Below the pieces are notes generated by a model. That model searched no databases. It saw only the letters and a program-made list of their open reading frames with translations, and was not told the origin of the DNA. Shown here piece by piece: positions 46,445 to 56,073 of a stretch of 64,000 nt of DNA. This DNA is from an uncultured Anaerolineaceae bacterium (GTDB taxonomy: Bacteria; Chloroflexota; Limnocylindria; Limnocylindrales; CSP1-4), in assembly GCA_964579825.1 (NCBI GenBank), contig CAZOHT010000008.1, forward strand, positions 33,613 through 97,612. Reading direction: 5' to 3'. The position numbers were made by a program, and so were the translations under genes. How positions within the stretch are numbered: position 1 is the first letter of the stretch; each line of letters opens with the position of its first letter.

Positions 46445-48262
46445 ATGTCAATCGATGAGCAGGCGCCAGAACCCGCCAGCGAGGATGGCGCGGACCAGCC
46501 GCATGCGCGCCTGGATCAGGTCAACGTGTTCCTCGTGCGCGAAGGGATCGCCGAGCCCGCGGATGCCCTGACGAGAGACCTGGGGGATCCGATCCCGGTG
46601 GGTGTCGGGGACCTCGAGGGAGAGCTGTATCTCTCGCGGGGCAGGCCGCGCGCACCCGCCTGGCTACCCTTCGTTCGCTCGATCACCGGTGAGGACATCC
46701 CGTACGAGCGCGAACCAACACTCTCGGCCGTCCTGTTCGTGCGTCGTGGGGCGCGCCTCTACGCCATCACCTTCGGGTATGGGCGCCACCTTCTCGACCG
46801 GTCCGCGCTCGAGGCCGACTTCGGGCTCAAGGTGGCCGCCGGCCTGGTTGACCCCGAGGAGATCGCCGCGCTCGACACCCGCTCGGTCGAGGCGACGTCG
46901 ATCCAGGTACGTCGGCAGTCGTCCAGGGGGGTGACCGCAGCAGCCATCGGCTTCAACGTCAGCAGAGAGATGCTCAGAGCGATCGCGGGGCCGATCGCGG
47001 ACGACCAACTCGGATCCCGGATCGTCGGATCCGACGGACTTGCCCTGACGGCTCGCCTCCAAGCGAAGGACGTCGGACCGCGTCTGGACCGCATCGGCCG
47101 GGCGTATGCCGACGGCTTGTACACCGCCAACTTCGCACACATCGACCGCTGGTCCGAGGTGCCTCCTGGAGCGAAACGGTCGGAATTGGACGAGGCGCTG
47201 GTGGAGGCCATCGAGCGCCGCTGGACGCAGCTCAGCGCTGGCGAGGATCCAGTCTCGCTCGCTGCCGGTGGTGACCGACCTCCATCCCTCGAGGCGCCGG
47301 AGGTGCTCGGGTGGGAGTCGGCAGCGTTCCGCACAACGCCTGAAGCCGACAGCGTGCTCCACGCGTTTCCATCGATCGATGCCTACCTCGAGGCGCTCGA
47401 CAACGCGCCAACGCTTCCCCAGCTGAGGCGGGGACATCGACTCTCGGTGATCTCAGACATCGACAACTCCGAGGTCGCCCGCTGGCCCATCCATGGCGCG
47501 ATCCTCTGGGAGGTGCAGGACGACGCGGACACATTCGTCTTGGCGGAGGGTCGCTGGTGGCGCATCGACGCGGGATACCGCAACCGCATCGACGAAGCCC
47601 TCGCACAGATCCCGCCGGCCACACTGGACCGTCCTGACTTCGACCCCATCGAGGAGGAACGCGACTACAACATCCGCCTCGCGGCCTACGAGGATCGCGC
47701 CCTCCTCGATCGGAAGATGACGTATTTCAGGCACGAGAGCGGGACAGTCGAGGCCTGCGACGTCCTGACGCGCAATCGTCAGCTGGTGCACGTCAAGCCC
47801 GATGCCACCTCAGCGATGCTGTCGCACCTGTATTCCCAGGCGGTGGTATCGGCACGCCTCTTCCTGATGCTGCCTGAGTTCCGTGAGCAGATCCGCAAGG
47901 TGCTTCGAGACACGAATCATGAGTCGTTCGTCGACCTCGTGCCAGCCGGACGGCCCGTCACCGCTGACTACGAGGTAGTGCTCGCGATCGTCCGGACTGG
48001 CGTCGGCCCGCTTGCGGTGGACCTCCCATTCTTCGCCAGGAACAACTTGGTAGGCGCGGTCGCCGACCTCCAACTGATGGGCTACCGAGTGGGCCTCGCT
48101 CGCATCGAGTCACGCGATGGAGCACGGCCAGCTAACGCGGGTCCGCTGCAGAAGGAGCTGGACGCGGAGCGCAAGGCCAACCTCACCATGCGAAGCAGCG
48201 CCCGGGGCCGTCGGTCACGGGTCCAGTCACCAGGCAGCGTGACGCTAACGGCCGGACCCTGA
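46445..48262 (+). CDS. TIGR04141 / DUF6119-family 'sporadically distributed' protein
   Basis: GGGGAGG-5 nt-ATG. N-terminal VNVFLVREGIAEPADAL...PAWLPFVRS and C-terminal EACDVLTRNRQLVHVKPDATSAMLSHLYSQAVVSARLF match my memory of the family hallmark (...LiHvKr...SS.LSHLfsQG.vSa). 605 aa. Confidence 0.45.
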   Translation: MSIDEQAPEPASEDGADQPHARLDQVNVFLVREGIAEPADALTRDLGDPIPVGVGDLEGELYLSRGRPRAPAWLPFVRSITGEDIPYEREPTLSAVLFVRRGARLYAITFGYGRHLLDRSALEADFGLKVAAGLVDPEEIAALDTRSVEATSIQVRRQSSRGVTAAAIGFNVSREMLRAIAGPIADDQLGSRIVGSDGLALTARLQAKDVGPRLDRIGRAYADGLYTANFAHIDRWSEVPPGAKRSELDEALVEAIERRWTQLSAGEDPVSLAAGGDRPPSLEAPEVLGWESAAFRTTPEADSVLHAFPSIDAYLEALDNAPTLPQLRRGHRLSVISDIDNSEVARWPIHGAILWEVQDDADTFVLAEGRWWRIDAGYRNRIDEALAQIPPATLDRPDFDPIEEERDYNIRLAAYEDRALLDRKMTYFRHESGTVEACDVLTRNRQLVHVKPDATSAMLSHLYSQAVVSARLFLMLPEFREQIRKVLRDTNHESFVDLVPAGRPVTADYEVVLAIVRTGVGPLAVDLPFFARNNLVGAVADLQLMGYRVGLARIESRDGARPANAGPLQKELDAERKANLTMRSSARGRRSRVQSPGSVTLTAGP

Positions 48263-48305
48263 AACACCGCCGCGAGCCCACCCAGACTCGGGCTGCCCGT
48301 TGCGC

Positions 48306-48918
48306 TCATTCCGTCGGGGCGATCCAACCTTCGCGGATCGCCCGGGCCACGAGTTCGGCGCGCGAGGAGACCGACGTCCTCTCGAATAGCCGTCTGAGGT
48401 GCGACTCGACGGTCCGCGAAGAAACGCCAAGGCGTCCCCCGATCTCGTCGTTGGACAACCCTTCGATGACCGCGCTCATGACCTCGCGCTCGCGGGCGGA
48501 GAACGTTGGCTCGCCCTCGGACGGGCGGACCAGATATGTCATGCCCCCGGCCGCTGCTCGACGAACGGCGGCCACCACCTCGAAGGCGGGCGCCGACTTC
48601 GGCAGATACCCGGCCGCGCCCAACTGCAGGGCGCGGCGAACGTACGGCGAGTAGTCGAAGGCTGACAGGATAACCACAGCGGGCCGACGCTCGGCCTGAC
48701 GCTCGAGGAGTTCACTGAGGAGCGTGAAGCCGCTTTCGTCCTGGAGGTGCAGGTCCAGCAGCACGACATCGACGCCGTCAGGAAACGTTCGAAGGGCCGC
48801 CAAGTCTCCGGCCGCTAGGACGACCCGCATGTCAGGCTCGCGGTCGACGATGGCAGCCGTCCCTTCGCGAACCACCGCATGATCGTCGACCACCGCGACT
48901 GCGATCGTGTCCTTGGTC
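48306..48918 (-). CDS. NarL/LuxR-family response regulator
   Basis: GTG start at 48918 overlapping the kinase stop codon (GTGA). REC domain (AVAVVDDHAVVREG...VLLDLHLQDESG) plus LuxR HTH (EREVMSAVIEGLSNDEIGGRLGVSSRTVESHLRRLF). The track ORF's upstream extension is Arg-rich junk. Confidence 0.75.
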
Positions 48919-50476
48919 ACGCCGGCCACAGCAGGACCACCTCGGTGCCGCCACCCGTCCTCGGCCCAACGTGGAGGCGGGCCCCGATCTGGTCCGCGCG
49001 CTGACGCATCGTGTCGAGGCCGAAGTGACGCTGATCCGGGGAGTGCCCAACGTCGATGCCTGGACCTCGGTCGCGAACGTCGAGGCGAGCGTGACCGGCA
49101 TCTGCGGCGTACGAGACAGCGATCCTGCCGCCCCCGTGCCGCACGGCGTTCGAGATCGCTTCCTGCGCAACCCGGTACATCGCCAACTCCACGTCGGCAG
49201 GCGGTCGCGCTGGATCGTCGACCTTCAGTTCGATCCCAGATTCGGAGAGTGGGGACGTCCGCTCGACCAGCCACTCCAGCGCAGGTCCCGCACCAAGCGT
49301 ATCGAGCATCGGCTGGCGTAGGTCTGCGCAGACATCCCGGAGACGATCTGAGACCTCCCGCGCCAACGCACTGCCCTGCTGATCGCCGAGATCGTCGAAT
49401 CGACGCGCGACGACTGACAGGTCCTGCAGAACGTCATCGTGGAGGTCAGCGGCCAGTCGGCGACGCTCCTCCTCGGCTGCCTGCACGGCGACGTCAAGGT
49501 GACGTTGTGTGCGCTCGGCGGCCCGGAGGAGCGGGCCCACGGAGAGGATCCGCCAGGCCAGGAACGCAGGCACGGCCAACGCGGCAAACGGCAGCGCGAC
49601 CAAGCCGACGTTGACGCCGACCGATGTTGCGATCACTGCCGACGCCGCGATCGTCTCCTGCTGGACATCGCCGAACCGGGATGCAGACCGCCGAACCGAG
49701 AAGCACGCTGCGACAATCGAGACTCCCATCAGCATCGCGCGCACGACGTCGTCGTCCAGGTATTGCCCGCCGGCCGCCATCTGGGCAATGCCAACGGTGG
49801 CGAGTAGCAGCAACGGGCCAGCGGTGACGATGGCCCATCGGTGGTCGGCCGGACGGCCGACCGTCGCCCACAGATAGAGCGCCGCGCCAGGGAGGACGAA
49901 CAAGGCTGCCAAGAGCGCGAACGGGATGCCAGTCGCCTGGAGGGGCACGACGAGGAGAGGGACGCTGTATGCCGCGACCAGCGCCGAACCGATCCTCGGC
50001 CAGGACGTTCCGAACCGACCGCTAACTCCGGCGACCACGATGGCCAGCGAGGCCACGATGCCGACGGCGAGGGCCCAGCCCGACGCTCGCACGTGAGTAA
50101 CCGCATCAGATCGCTTAGCCTCGACGAACGGGCGCCCGCCGGCGGCTGTTGGACCGGCGACCGCCCTGACCAGCTCGATGCGTTCGGCGATCAGGGGCGA
50201 GCCGATCAGCTCCGCGAACGCCTCGTCCAGATCGCCCCCCACAACGACTCGAGTCCCGTCGTCGAGCACGAGATCCTCGATCCGGGCCCCGGGCATCAGC
50301 CCCGCGTCGCTGGCCCAAGACCCAGGCGTAACGTTGGCGACTCGTACGCCGCTCTCGCCGCCATACGAGACCGCGAAGCCGAGGGCGACGTCAGATGTCA
50401 CCCACGCGGTTGTCGACCAGCAAGCCACGACGAGGACGAGGACCGCCGCCAACACGTCGCGCACGGAAGCGCTCAC
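48917..50476 (-). CDS. Sensor histidine kinase (HisKA_3 + HATPase_c), membrane-anchored
   Basis: H-box RRRLAADLHDDVLQDLS. ATPase motifs MYRVAQEAISNAVRHG and DVRDRGPGID. Multiple TM helices. Distant paralogue of 39256..40791. Confidence 0.7.
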   Translation of the reverse strand: MSASVRDVLAAVLVLVVACWSTTAWVTSDVALGFAVSYGGESGVRVANVTPGSWASDAGLMPGARIEDLVLDDGTRVVVGGDLDEAFAELIGSPLIAERIELVRAVAGPTAAGGRPFVEAKRSDAVTHVRASGWALAVGIVASLAIVVAGVSGRFGTSWPRIGSALVAAYSVPLLVVPLQATGIPFALLAALFVLPGAALYLWATVGRPADHRWAIVTAGPLLLLATVGIAQMAAGGQYLDDDVVRAMLMGVSIVAACFSVRRSASRFGDVQQETIAASAVIATSVGVNVGLVALPFAALAVPAFLAWRILSVGPLLRAAERTQRHLDVAVQAAEEERRRLAADLHDDVLQDLSVVARRFDDLGDQQGSALAREVSDRLRDVCADLRQPMLDTLGAGPALEWLVERTSPLSESGIELKVDDPARPPADVELAMYRVAQEAISNAVRHGGGRIAVSYAADAGHARLDVRDRGPGIDVGHSPDQRHFGLDTMRQRADQIGARLHVGPRTGGGTEVVLLWPA

Positions 50477-50598
50477 CTGCGGACATTAGCGTGACCATGC
50501 TCGAACGCCAATGCGGAAGAACCCTCAACCGACCTCTGTAGGGCCGCGGCTTGCGTTCAGAGCGTTTCCGTTCACGATCGATCGTAGGAGGCCCGCAC

Positions 50599-51489
50599 AT
50601 GTCGATCGTAGCAACGCAGACAGACCACTCCACCGCGCCCGCCAACGTGGCCCTAGGGGCGCGGGGCTTGCAGAAGCGATTTGGCCGCACGATCGCACTG
50701 GCTGGGATCGATGTATCGATCCCAGTCGGTTCGGTCACTGGTCTGGTCGGACCGAACGGGGCTGGCAAGTCGACGCTGATCCGCACCTGGGCTGGCTTCG
50801 AGCGTCCGGACCGCGGCTCGGTCGAAGTCATGAGCGTCGACCCGTCAGTGGACGGGCGGCGCATCCGGGACCTCGTCGGCTACGTGCCGCAGAACCCACG
50901 CATCTATGAAGACCTAACGGTTGAGGATCACCTCGAGGTCGCGTTCCAGCTTCGTCCCTCGTTCGATCGCGAAGGCGCAGCCGCCCATCTCGAACGCGTC
51001 GGCGTCGCCCCAGGCGCTCGCGGACGGCACCTGTCCGGAGGGCAACAGGCCCAGGTCGCGCTCGCCCTTGCATTGGGGACGCGCGCGGCGATCCTGCTGC
51101 TGGATGAGCCCTTGGCCGCCCTCGATCCCCTTGCGCGGCGCGAGTTCCTGGAGCAGGTGCGGATCTCGGGCGAGGAGCGCCCGCGGACGGTGCTGCTGTC
51201 GTCGCACGTCGTCGGCGACGTGGCACAGGCCTGCGATCGAGTGGCCGTGCTGGGAGCCGGGACCGTCCTTGCTCACGACACGCTCGAGAACCTTACGCTT
51301 CGTCACTCGGTGACCGACGTGCCAGGCCCCTGGGCAACGCTGGTCGGGTCCTTTCCGGCTGAGAATGGTCACACCAACTTCGTGTATCGAACCGATGGTG
51401 GTGTGTCTGTCGGCCGGCAGGCAACCCTCGAGGAAGTCGTCCTCGCGTACCTGGCCGCCGGTCGCCACATGGAGGCAAGCCGGCGATGA
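50599..51489 (+). CDS. ABC transporter ATP-binding protein
   Basis: AGGAGG-7 nt-ATG. Walker A GPNGAGKST, signature LSGGQQ, Walker B LLLDEP. Confidence 0.8.
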   Translation: MSIVATQTDHSTAPANVALGARGLQKRFGRTIALAGIDVSIPVGSVTGLVGPNGAGKSTLIRTWAGFERPDRGSVEVMSVDPSVDGRRIRDLVGYVPQNPRIYEDLTVEDHLEVAFQLRPSFDREGAAAHLERVGVAPGARGRHLSGGQQAQVALALALGTRAAILLLDEPLAALDPLARREFLEQVRISGEERPRTVLLSSHVVGDVAQACDRVAVLGAGTVLAHDTLENLTLRHSVTDVPGPWATLVGSFPAENGHTNFVYRTDGGVSVGRQATLEEVVLAYLAAGRHMEASRR

Positions 51490-52397
51490 GAGCGCATCTG
51501 CGGGTGGTGCTGCTGATGCATCGACTCGAGCTGATGATCTTCGCCTTCGTCGCCTTCGCGTGGGCCGTCGCTGCGGTCATCGTTATCGCGATGAGCTATT
51601 CGACCACCTCAGCAAACCCAGGGTGCTTCGGTCACCTGCCATCTGGCGCCGGCTGTGGCGCGGTGGCCGAGGCGTTCATCCCCATCGAGCGGACATCGCA
51701 GGTGATCGCCGGCATCGTTCCGCTGTTCGCCCTTGCAGTCGGCACCCTGATCGGAGTCGGGGTCATTGCGCGGGAACTCGAGCAAGGAACGGCACAGATC
51801 TCCTGGTCGCTGGTCTCGAGTCGCATTCGGTGGCTGCGCTGGCGCTCTGGTCCCGCACTCCTCGCGGTCGTCACCCTGGTGGCGATCCTGGCGGTGCTCG
51901 CCGAGTTCCTGGTTCGGACCAGGCTGGGTCTCGACGACCCGGGCTTCATCGCCTCTGGTGAGCGAGGCCTGGCAGTCCTGGTCCGATCCGTGCTGGCGTT
52001 CTCCTGTGGCCTCCTCGCGGGGGCGGTGCTCGGGCGACAACTGCCAGGACTGATCGTCGCGGTCGCCCTGGCGGTCGCCCTGTCGCTGGGCGCCGACGCC
52101 GCACTCGATGCCTGGCGCGCGACCGAGGCTCGCGCGGTCGCTTTCGAGCAGATTGTTGGCGACGTCGACCTCATGGGCGGGATGACGATCGACCAGGTGG
52201 CGATCCTTCCGGATGGCTCGTACACGCGCGAGCGAGATGCAGTCGAGCTTCCCGATGACTACGTCGATGGAGCGCTGATCCTTCCCGCCAATACCTTCGT
52301 CTCATGGGGCATCCGTGAAGCGATCGTCGTCCTCGCCCTCGCGCTCGGAGTCTCTGCCATCGCCGCCGCCATCGTTCGGTCTCGTCGACCGCGCTAG
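51486..52397 (+). CDS. ABC-2-type transporter permease
   Basis: Start overlaps the ATPase stop codon. About 6 hydrophobic helices. No further motifs recognised. Confidence 0.55.
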   Translation: MRAHLRVVLLMHRLELMIFAFVAFAWAVAAVIVIAMSYSTTSANPGCFGHLPSGAGCGAVAEAFIPIERTSQVIAGIVPLFALAVGTLIGVGVIARELEQGTAQISWSLVSSRIRWLRWRSGPALLAVVTLVAILAVLAEFLVRTRLGLDDPGFIASGERGLAVLVRSVLAFSCGLLAGAVLGRQLPGLIVAVALAVALSLGADAALDAWRATEARAVAFEQIVGDVDLMGGMTIDQVAILPDGSYTRERDAVELPDDYVDGALILPANTFVSWGIREAIVVLALALGVSAIAAAIVRSRRPR

Positions 52398-52540
52398 GCG
52401 CGAGGGTTCCACCCCATTGTCGCTGTCGACCATGCACGTGCACAGTTCTCTGACCACCAAGCTCACCGCGGTTTCGGTGACCGCGACCGCTGGCGCCGGC
52501 GACCGCGACCAGGGTGGGGGTATTGGAGGCCCGATCGACC

Positions 52541-52972
52541 ATGATCCTGAACCTGGAGCGGTCCAACGCCTCGGTTCGCCTGCTGACCGTCTTCGTCGCC
52601 GCCCTCCTGTTGGCGGTGATGATGGTCATCTCCCGACCTTCCACGACCTTTGCCTCGACCCCGTGCTCGGTCTTCGCCCTGACGCCGACCACGACCGGCG
52701 TCACAGCTTCCGGGATCTCCCGGATCGATTGTCCGGCCAGTCCCGTGTCGGATTGGGTGAAGGGGGAGATCGTAAGTCTCTTCTTCTTCATCCCGACGAC
52801 GCAGGACACCTGCATCAACAACGACAACAACTCCAGCCTCCACGGCTGCACTTCAACCTACAACTGCAATGGCAGCGGCACTCTCGAACACTTCACCAAG
52901 GTCAACGGGAGGGACGCCGCCGGCGGCGAGAGCGGCTGGCGAGAGTCGAGCCACGTCAGCCTGACCTGCTGA
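52541..52972 (+). CDS. Small secreted Cys-rich protein in a locally lower-GC stretch
   Basis: Signal-like MILNLERSNASVRLLTVFVAALLLAVMMVISRPSTTFA. Six Cys. Asn/Ser-rich low-GC segment (CINNDNNSSLHGCTSTYNCNGSGT). Confidence 0.3.
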   Translation: MILNLERSNASVRLLTVFVAALLLAVMMVISRPSTTFASTPCSVFALTPTTTGVTASGISRIDCPASPVSDWVKGEIVSLFFFIPTTQDTCINNDNNSSLHGCTSTYNCNGSGTLEHFTKVNGRDAAGGESGWRESSHVSLTC

Positions 52973-53013
52973 TCGCGGCGCGACAGACGCACGGTGGCTT
53001 GCATCTGGCGGCG

Positions 53014-53619
53014 ATGATGTCCGGCCTGGTTCGAGCCGCCGTGCCCTCGCTCTGTGCCCTTCTTGTCACCGCGGCTCTGGCAGCATGTGCTTCCCCAGCA
53101 CCGTCGCCGGGCCACGCATCGGCCGAGCTGGTCGACTCGTGGCGCTCACAGGTCGACGGGATGCAGGCGACGCTCATCGGCGACGGCAGCGTGACGTCGG
53201 ACGAGTACAACCTGGCCCTGGGAGCCGGCAAGACCTGCATGGAGGATGCTGGCTACCGGGTGTCCGACATCCAGCACCTCCCGGATGGCCTTCGGCGCGA
53301 CTTCATAGTGTACGGACCGGCGCCGGGAGCTAGCTCGGTTCCCGAGGACCCGACCGAAGCTTGGGCGGTATGCCGAAGGGACAACTACGCGGGAGCCGAG
53401 GCCATCTGGCTCGCGCAACAACAGACATCCGCCGAGGCCGCAATCGGGGCGCTCGAGACCTGCCTCGAGAAGAACGGGATCACCGGCTATAACCGCGACA
53501 TGCTCGATCACGAGGTGGTCACCTTGCTCGATGGACAGAACGCGTCCATCGACGGGTGGTTCTGCCGCGAGCGCTACCTCATCGAAGCCGGAGCGGTGGT
53601 CGTCGCCCCGCCCGACTGA
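53014..53619 (+). CDS. Lipoprotein (signal peptide with lipobox LAAC)
   Basis: MMSGLVRAAVPSLCALLVTAALAACASPAP, then a ~175-aa soluble domain with four Cys. Confidence 0.5.
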   Translation: MMSGLVRAAVPSLCALLVTAALAACASPAPSPGHASAELVDSWRSQVDGMQATLIGDGSVTSDEYNLALGAGKTCMEDAGYRVSDIQHLPDGLRRDFIVYGPAPGASSVPEDPTEAWAVCRRDNYAGAEAIWLAQQQTSAEAAIGALETCLEKNGITGYNRDMLDHEVVTLLDGQNASIDGWFCRERYLIEAGAVVVAPPD

Positions 53620-53933
53620 CGCCAGGCTCCTGACCGGCGACGTTCCGGGCGCTCAGGAGCCCCCTCGCGACGTGTTGCCAGGGTGTCGCTTGACTGTGGC
53701 ATCGGTGACGAAACGGCCCGTGATGGCTGACCGATTGCCGTGTGCCTTGCTGCCTGTCGTCTGCGTGCCCCGTGGTCTTCGGATGGCGCATGGCTGTGGT
53801 GACCTTCACGTAGCGGCCGGTGATCGCCGACCGATGGCATTTTCGACATGTCGTTGCCTCCAAGATCGCGAGATAGATGGAGTCTCGTCCCCACCAGCCA
53901 CATCGCAGTGCCAGCTACGCTGTCACCCAGTTA

Positions 53934-55388
53934 TCACCTGTAGAAGGTCGGTAGCCGAGGACCGCCATCGCCGCGGGCGAGCCGACCTGCCAACGAGCAT
54001 TCCGTGCATTCGTCGTCCTTGCGAGGACGGTCGAAGACCACGTCACGATCGATCGGCTGAACGCGAACGTAGTCAGCGGACGCGGTAGGCCCGGTGAGAC
54101 CGGTCATCGTGAACAAGAAATCGTTCGCGGCGAGCGCAGCCGCCGTTGCGTTGAGCGTGATGACACTGGGCGCAACGACATCGGCGTCGTCGACATAGCG
54201 CTGTGCACGACGCTGCACCGGCGACGCTGCCTCATCCGCCATTCGCGCGGGTGAGATGACCTCGTTACACCACAGGCAACCTCGATCGGGCATCACGGTC
54301 CGCGCGATCGAGTGCACGCGCGTGACCGCCCCATCGTCCGGGCTGGTCCCGACCTTCGCGCCGACCTGGACGCCGAGGACAAGGTACTGGTGGCAAATCG
54401 CGTTGAAAAGCAAGCGCGCCTGGTGCGAGTTCGCTGAGAGGAACAGGTAGTCGCAGTCCGTCAGCTGGGCTGCGACGGCGGGGTCGCGGACGTCGGCGAA
54501 GTGGGCATCGACGCGGATGCCTTGGTTAGCCTCATGGGCCAACCGTTCGGCGAGCTTCACCTTCGGCTTCGCCGCGCGAGCGCCTAGCGACCGAAGCAAG
54601 GCCGGCCAGCGGTCGCCGCTGAACAACGTGCGCGCGTCGCTCCGCCGGCTGCCGGGCAATCGGGGGAGGTTGGACCGCTCGACGCGATCCGGGTCGATCA
54701 CGACAAGATGACCGACCCCAAGACGTGCCAGGTACTCGACGAGCAGCATGCCCATCCCGCCCACACCGACCACCCCGACCTTGAGCTGCCCGAGGAGGGC
54801 CTGGCCGGCGTCGCCGAAGAGCCGAGCCTGACGGTCAAAGCGCGGATCGCGGACCGCCCGCGAGAGCGGGGCCGGACGGAGCGTGTGTACGCTCGGCCCG
54901 ACGACGACCATCTCGGAGACTTCGGCTCGACCATCCTCCGCCCAGATGTCGCCCGCCACGGCGCCCTTGGCGAAGACGAGAGCACCACACGGCGGTCCGC
55001 CCAGGATGTCCCGGATGGCCGGATAGCCGCGCTCGTGGGACCGGAGGTCGTCGCCCGAGAACCCAACGGAGCCGGTACCGCCATGCGGGTGGATCGCCAG
55101 CATGGCGAGGCCGTCGCCAGCGGCCCTGAGAGCTGCGTCACGGATGAAGGCAGCCGTAAGTCGGTGATGACCCTTCCCCTCGCGGCCAAGGACATAGTCC
55201 ACCCCATCGACGGCCGGGATGAACTCGCGGACAAGCAGGCGCGGGACACCGTGCTCGCGCGCGACGCCTGCGAGGAGGGCGCCGCCGTGTGGCCGCCCGT
55301 CGCCTGCAAAGAGGTGGGACTCGACCTGCTCGAAGACCGACGATGGGATACGAGCGGTCCACGGCCTGCTCACTTGGCCAGCAGCCAA
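53934..55388 (-). CDS. JAB/MPN metallopeptidase domain fused to an E1-like (ThiF/MoeB/UBA-type) adenylyltransferase with C-terminal CxxC pairs
   Basis: N-terminal JAB motif ...E...HPHGGTGSVGFSGDD (H.H.x8.S.x.D). E1 Rossmann KVGVVGVGGMGMLLVEYLARLGVGHLVVIDPDRVERSNLPRL. C-terminal CLWCN ... ECTEC. 484 aa. Confidence 0.65.
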   Translation of the reverse strand: MAAGQVSRPWTARIPSSVFEQVESHLFAGDGRPHGGALLAGVAREHGVPRLLVREFIPAVDGVDYVLGREGKGHHRLTAAFIRDAALRAAGDGLAMLAIHPHGGTGSVGFSGDDLRSHERGYPAIRDILGGPPCGALVFAKGAVAGDIWAEDGRAEVSEMVVVGPSVHTLRPAPLSRAVRDPRFDRQARLFGDAGQALLGQLKVGVVGVGGMGMLLVEYLARLGVGHLVVIDPDRVERSNLPRLPGSRRSDARTLFSGDRWPALLRSLGARAAKPKVKLAERLAHEANQGIRVDAHFADVRDPAVAAQLTDCDYLFLSANSHQARLLFNAICHQYLVLGVQVGAKVGTSPDDGAVTRVHSIARTVMPDRGCLWCNEVISPARMADEAASPVQRRAQRYVDDADVVAPSVITLNATAAALAANDFLFTMTGLTGPTASADYVRVQPIDRDVVFDRPRKDDECTECSLAGRLARGDGGPRLPTFYR

Positions 55389-55756
55389 TCCATGACGCGC
55401 TGGAGCTTGAGCAGGGCTGTGTCTCGCTCGGCGTTCCAGCGATTGCCCCTTCGAGAGAGCTGGATTGATTCTCGGCCGGCGAAAGTGCTCGTCGACGTGG
55501 CCGTGCCCAGCCCCTGGCCGTCGATCCGAGCCAGATCACGACGCACGTGGTGCGGATAGATGTCCGTCTGCGGGTGGAGGTGGGTGACGTGAAACCCGAC
55601 CCACGTGTCTGCCTGGGCGTATGGCGCCCCGAGCGGGACGGGCTCGACGATGAGCATCGCACCGCCCTGGCCGTCCTCCTTGGTCGTCACCGTGGCCTGC
55701 GGGTACGCCGCCTCGATGTCGGCGATCGCCTGTGCCACCTCCGGCGTGATGGCCAC
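55370..55756 (-). CDS. E2/UBC-fold protein lacking any cysteine (UEV-like; prokaryotic E2-type)
   Basis: GTG start overlapping the upstream stop codon. N-terminal helix PEVAQAIADIEAAYP, beta-meander AMLIVEPVPLG...TWVGFHVTHL, and HPQTDIYP in the HPN-loop position. The 128-aa product contains no Cys. Confidence 0.4.
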   Translation of the reverse strand: MAITPEVAQAIADIEAAYPQATVTTKEDGQGGAMLIVEPVPLGAPYAQADTWVGFHVTHLHPQTDIYPHHVRRDLARIDGQGLGTATSTSTFAGRESIQLSRRGNRWNAERDTALLKLQRVMDWLLAK

Positions 55757-56022
55757 TAGGAGTCGTCGTCGTCGTCGGTGGCCGTGAACCGTGAGTTCCT
55801 GTTCACGGTAACGATGTCCTCGTTTCCGACGATCTCCGGGCGCCCGTTCGGCCGCAGCGCGCTCAGGACAAAGTCGAGGCCGATAGCGACGCCCTGCGCG
55901 ATCGCGGCCTCCTTGATCTGCAGACCGGTGACACGCGGGCCGTCGATGGACACCGGCTGGTTGTTGACGTGGATGACAACGGCGGGGCCGCCGTGATCTC
56001 CGGGGGTTTTCGCGTTGCTCAT
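55756..56022 (-). CDS. Small beta-grasp / ubiquitin-like protein ('multiubiquitin'-type single domain) with an acidic C-terminal tail and no Gly-Gly
   Basis: 88 aa: VVIHVNNQPVSIDGPRVTGLQIKEAAIAQGV...NGRPEIVGNEDIVTVNRNSRFTATDDDDDS. The beta-alpha-beta pattern is ThiS/Ub-like. First gene of the operon with E2-like and JAB::E1. Confidence 0.4.
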   Translation of the reverse strand: MSNAKTPGDHGGPAVVIHVNNQPVSIDGPRVTGLQIKEAAIAQGVAIGLDFVLSALRPNGRPEIVGNEDIVTVNRNSRFTATDDDDDS

Positions 56023-56073
56023 GTCCGCCTTCCTGGGATGCGCGACGCCTTGGCTGGCACCGGTCGACGGAGT

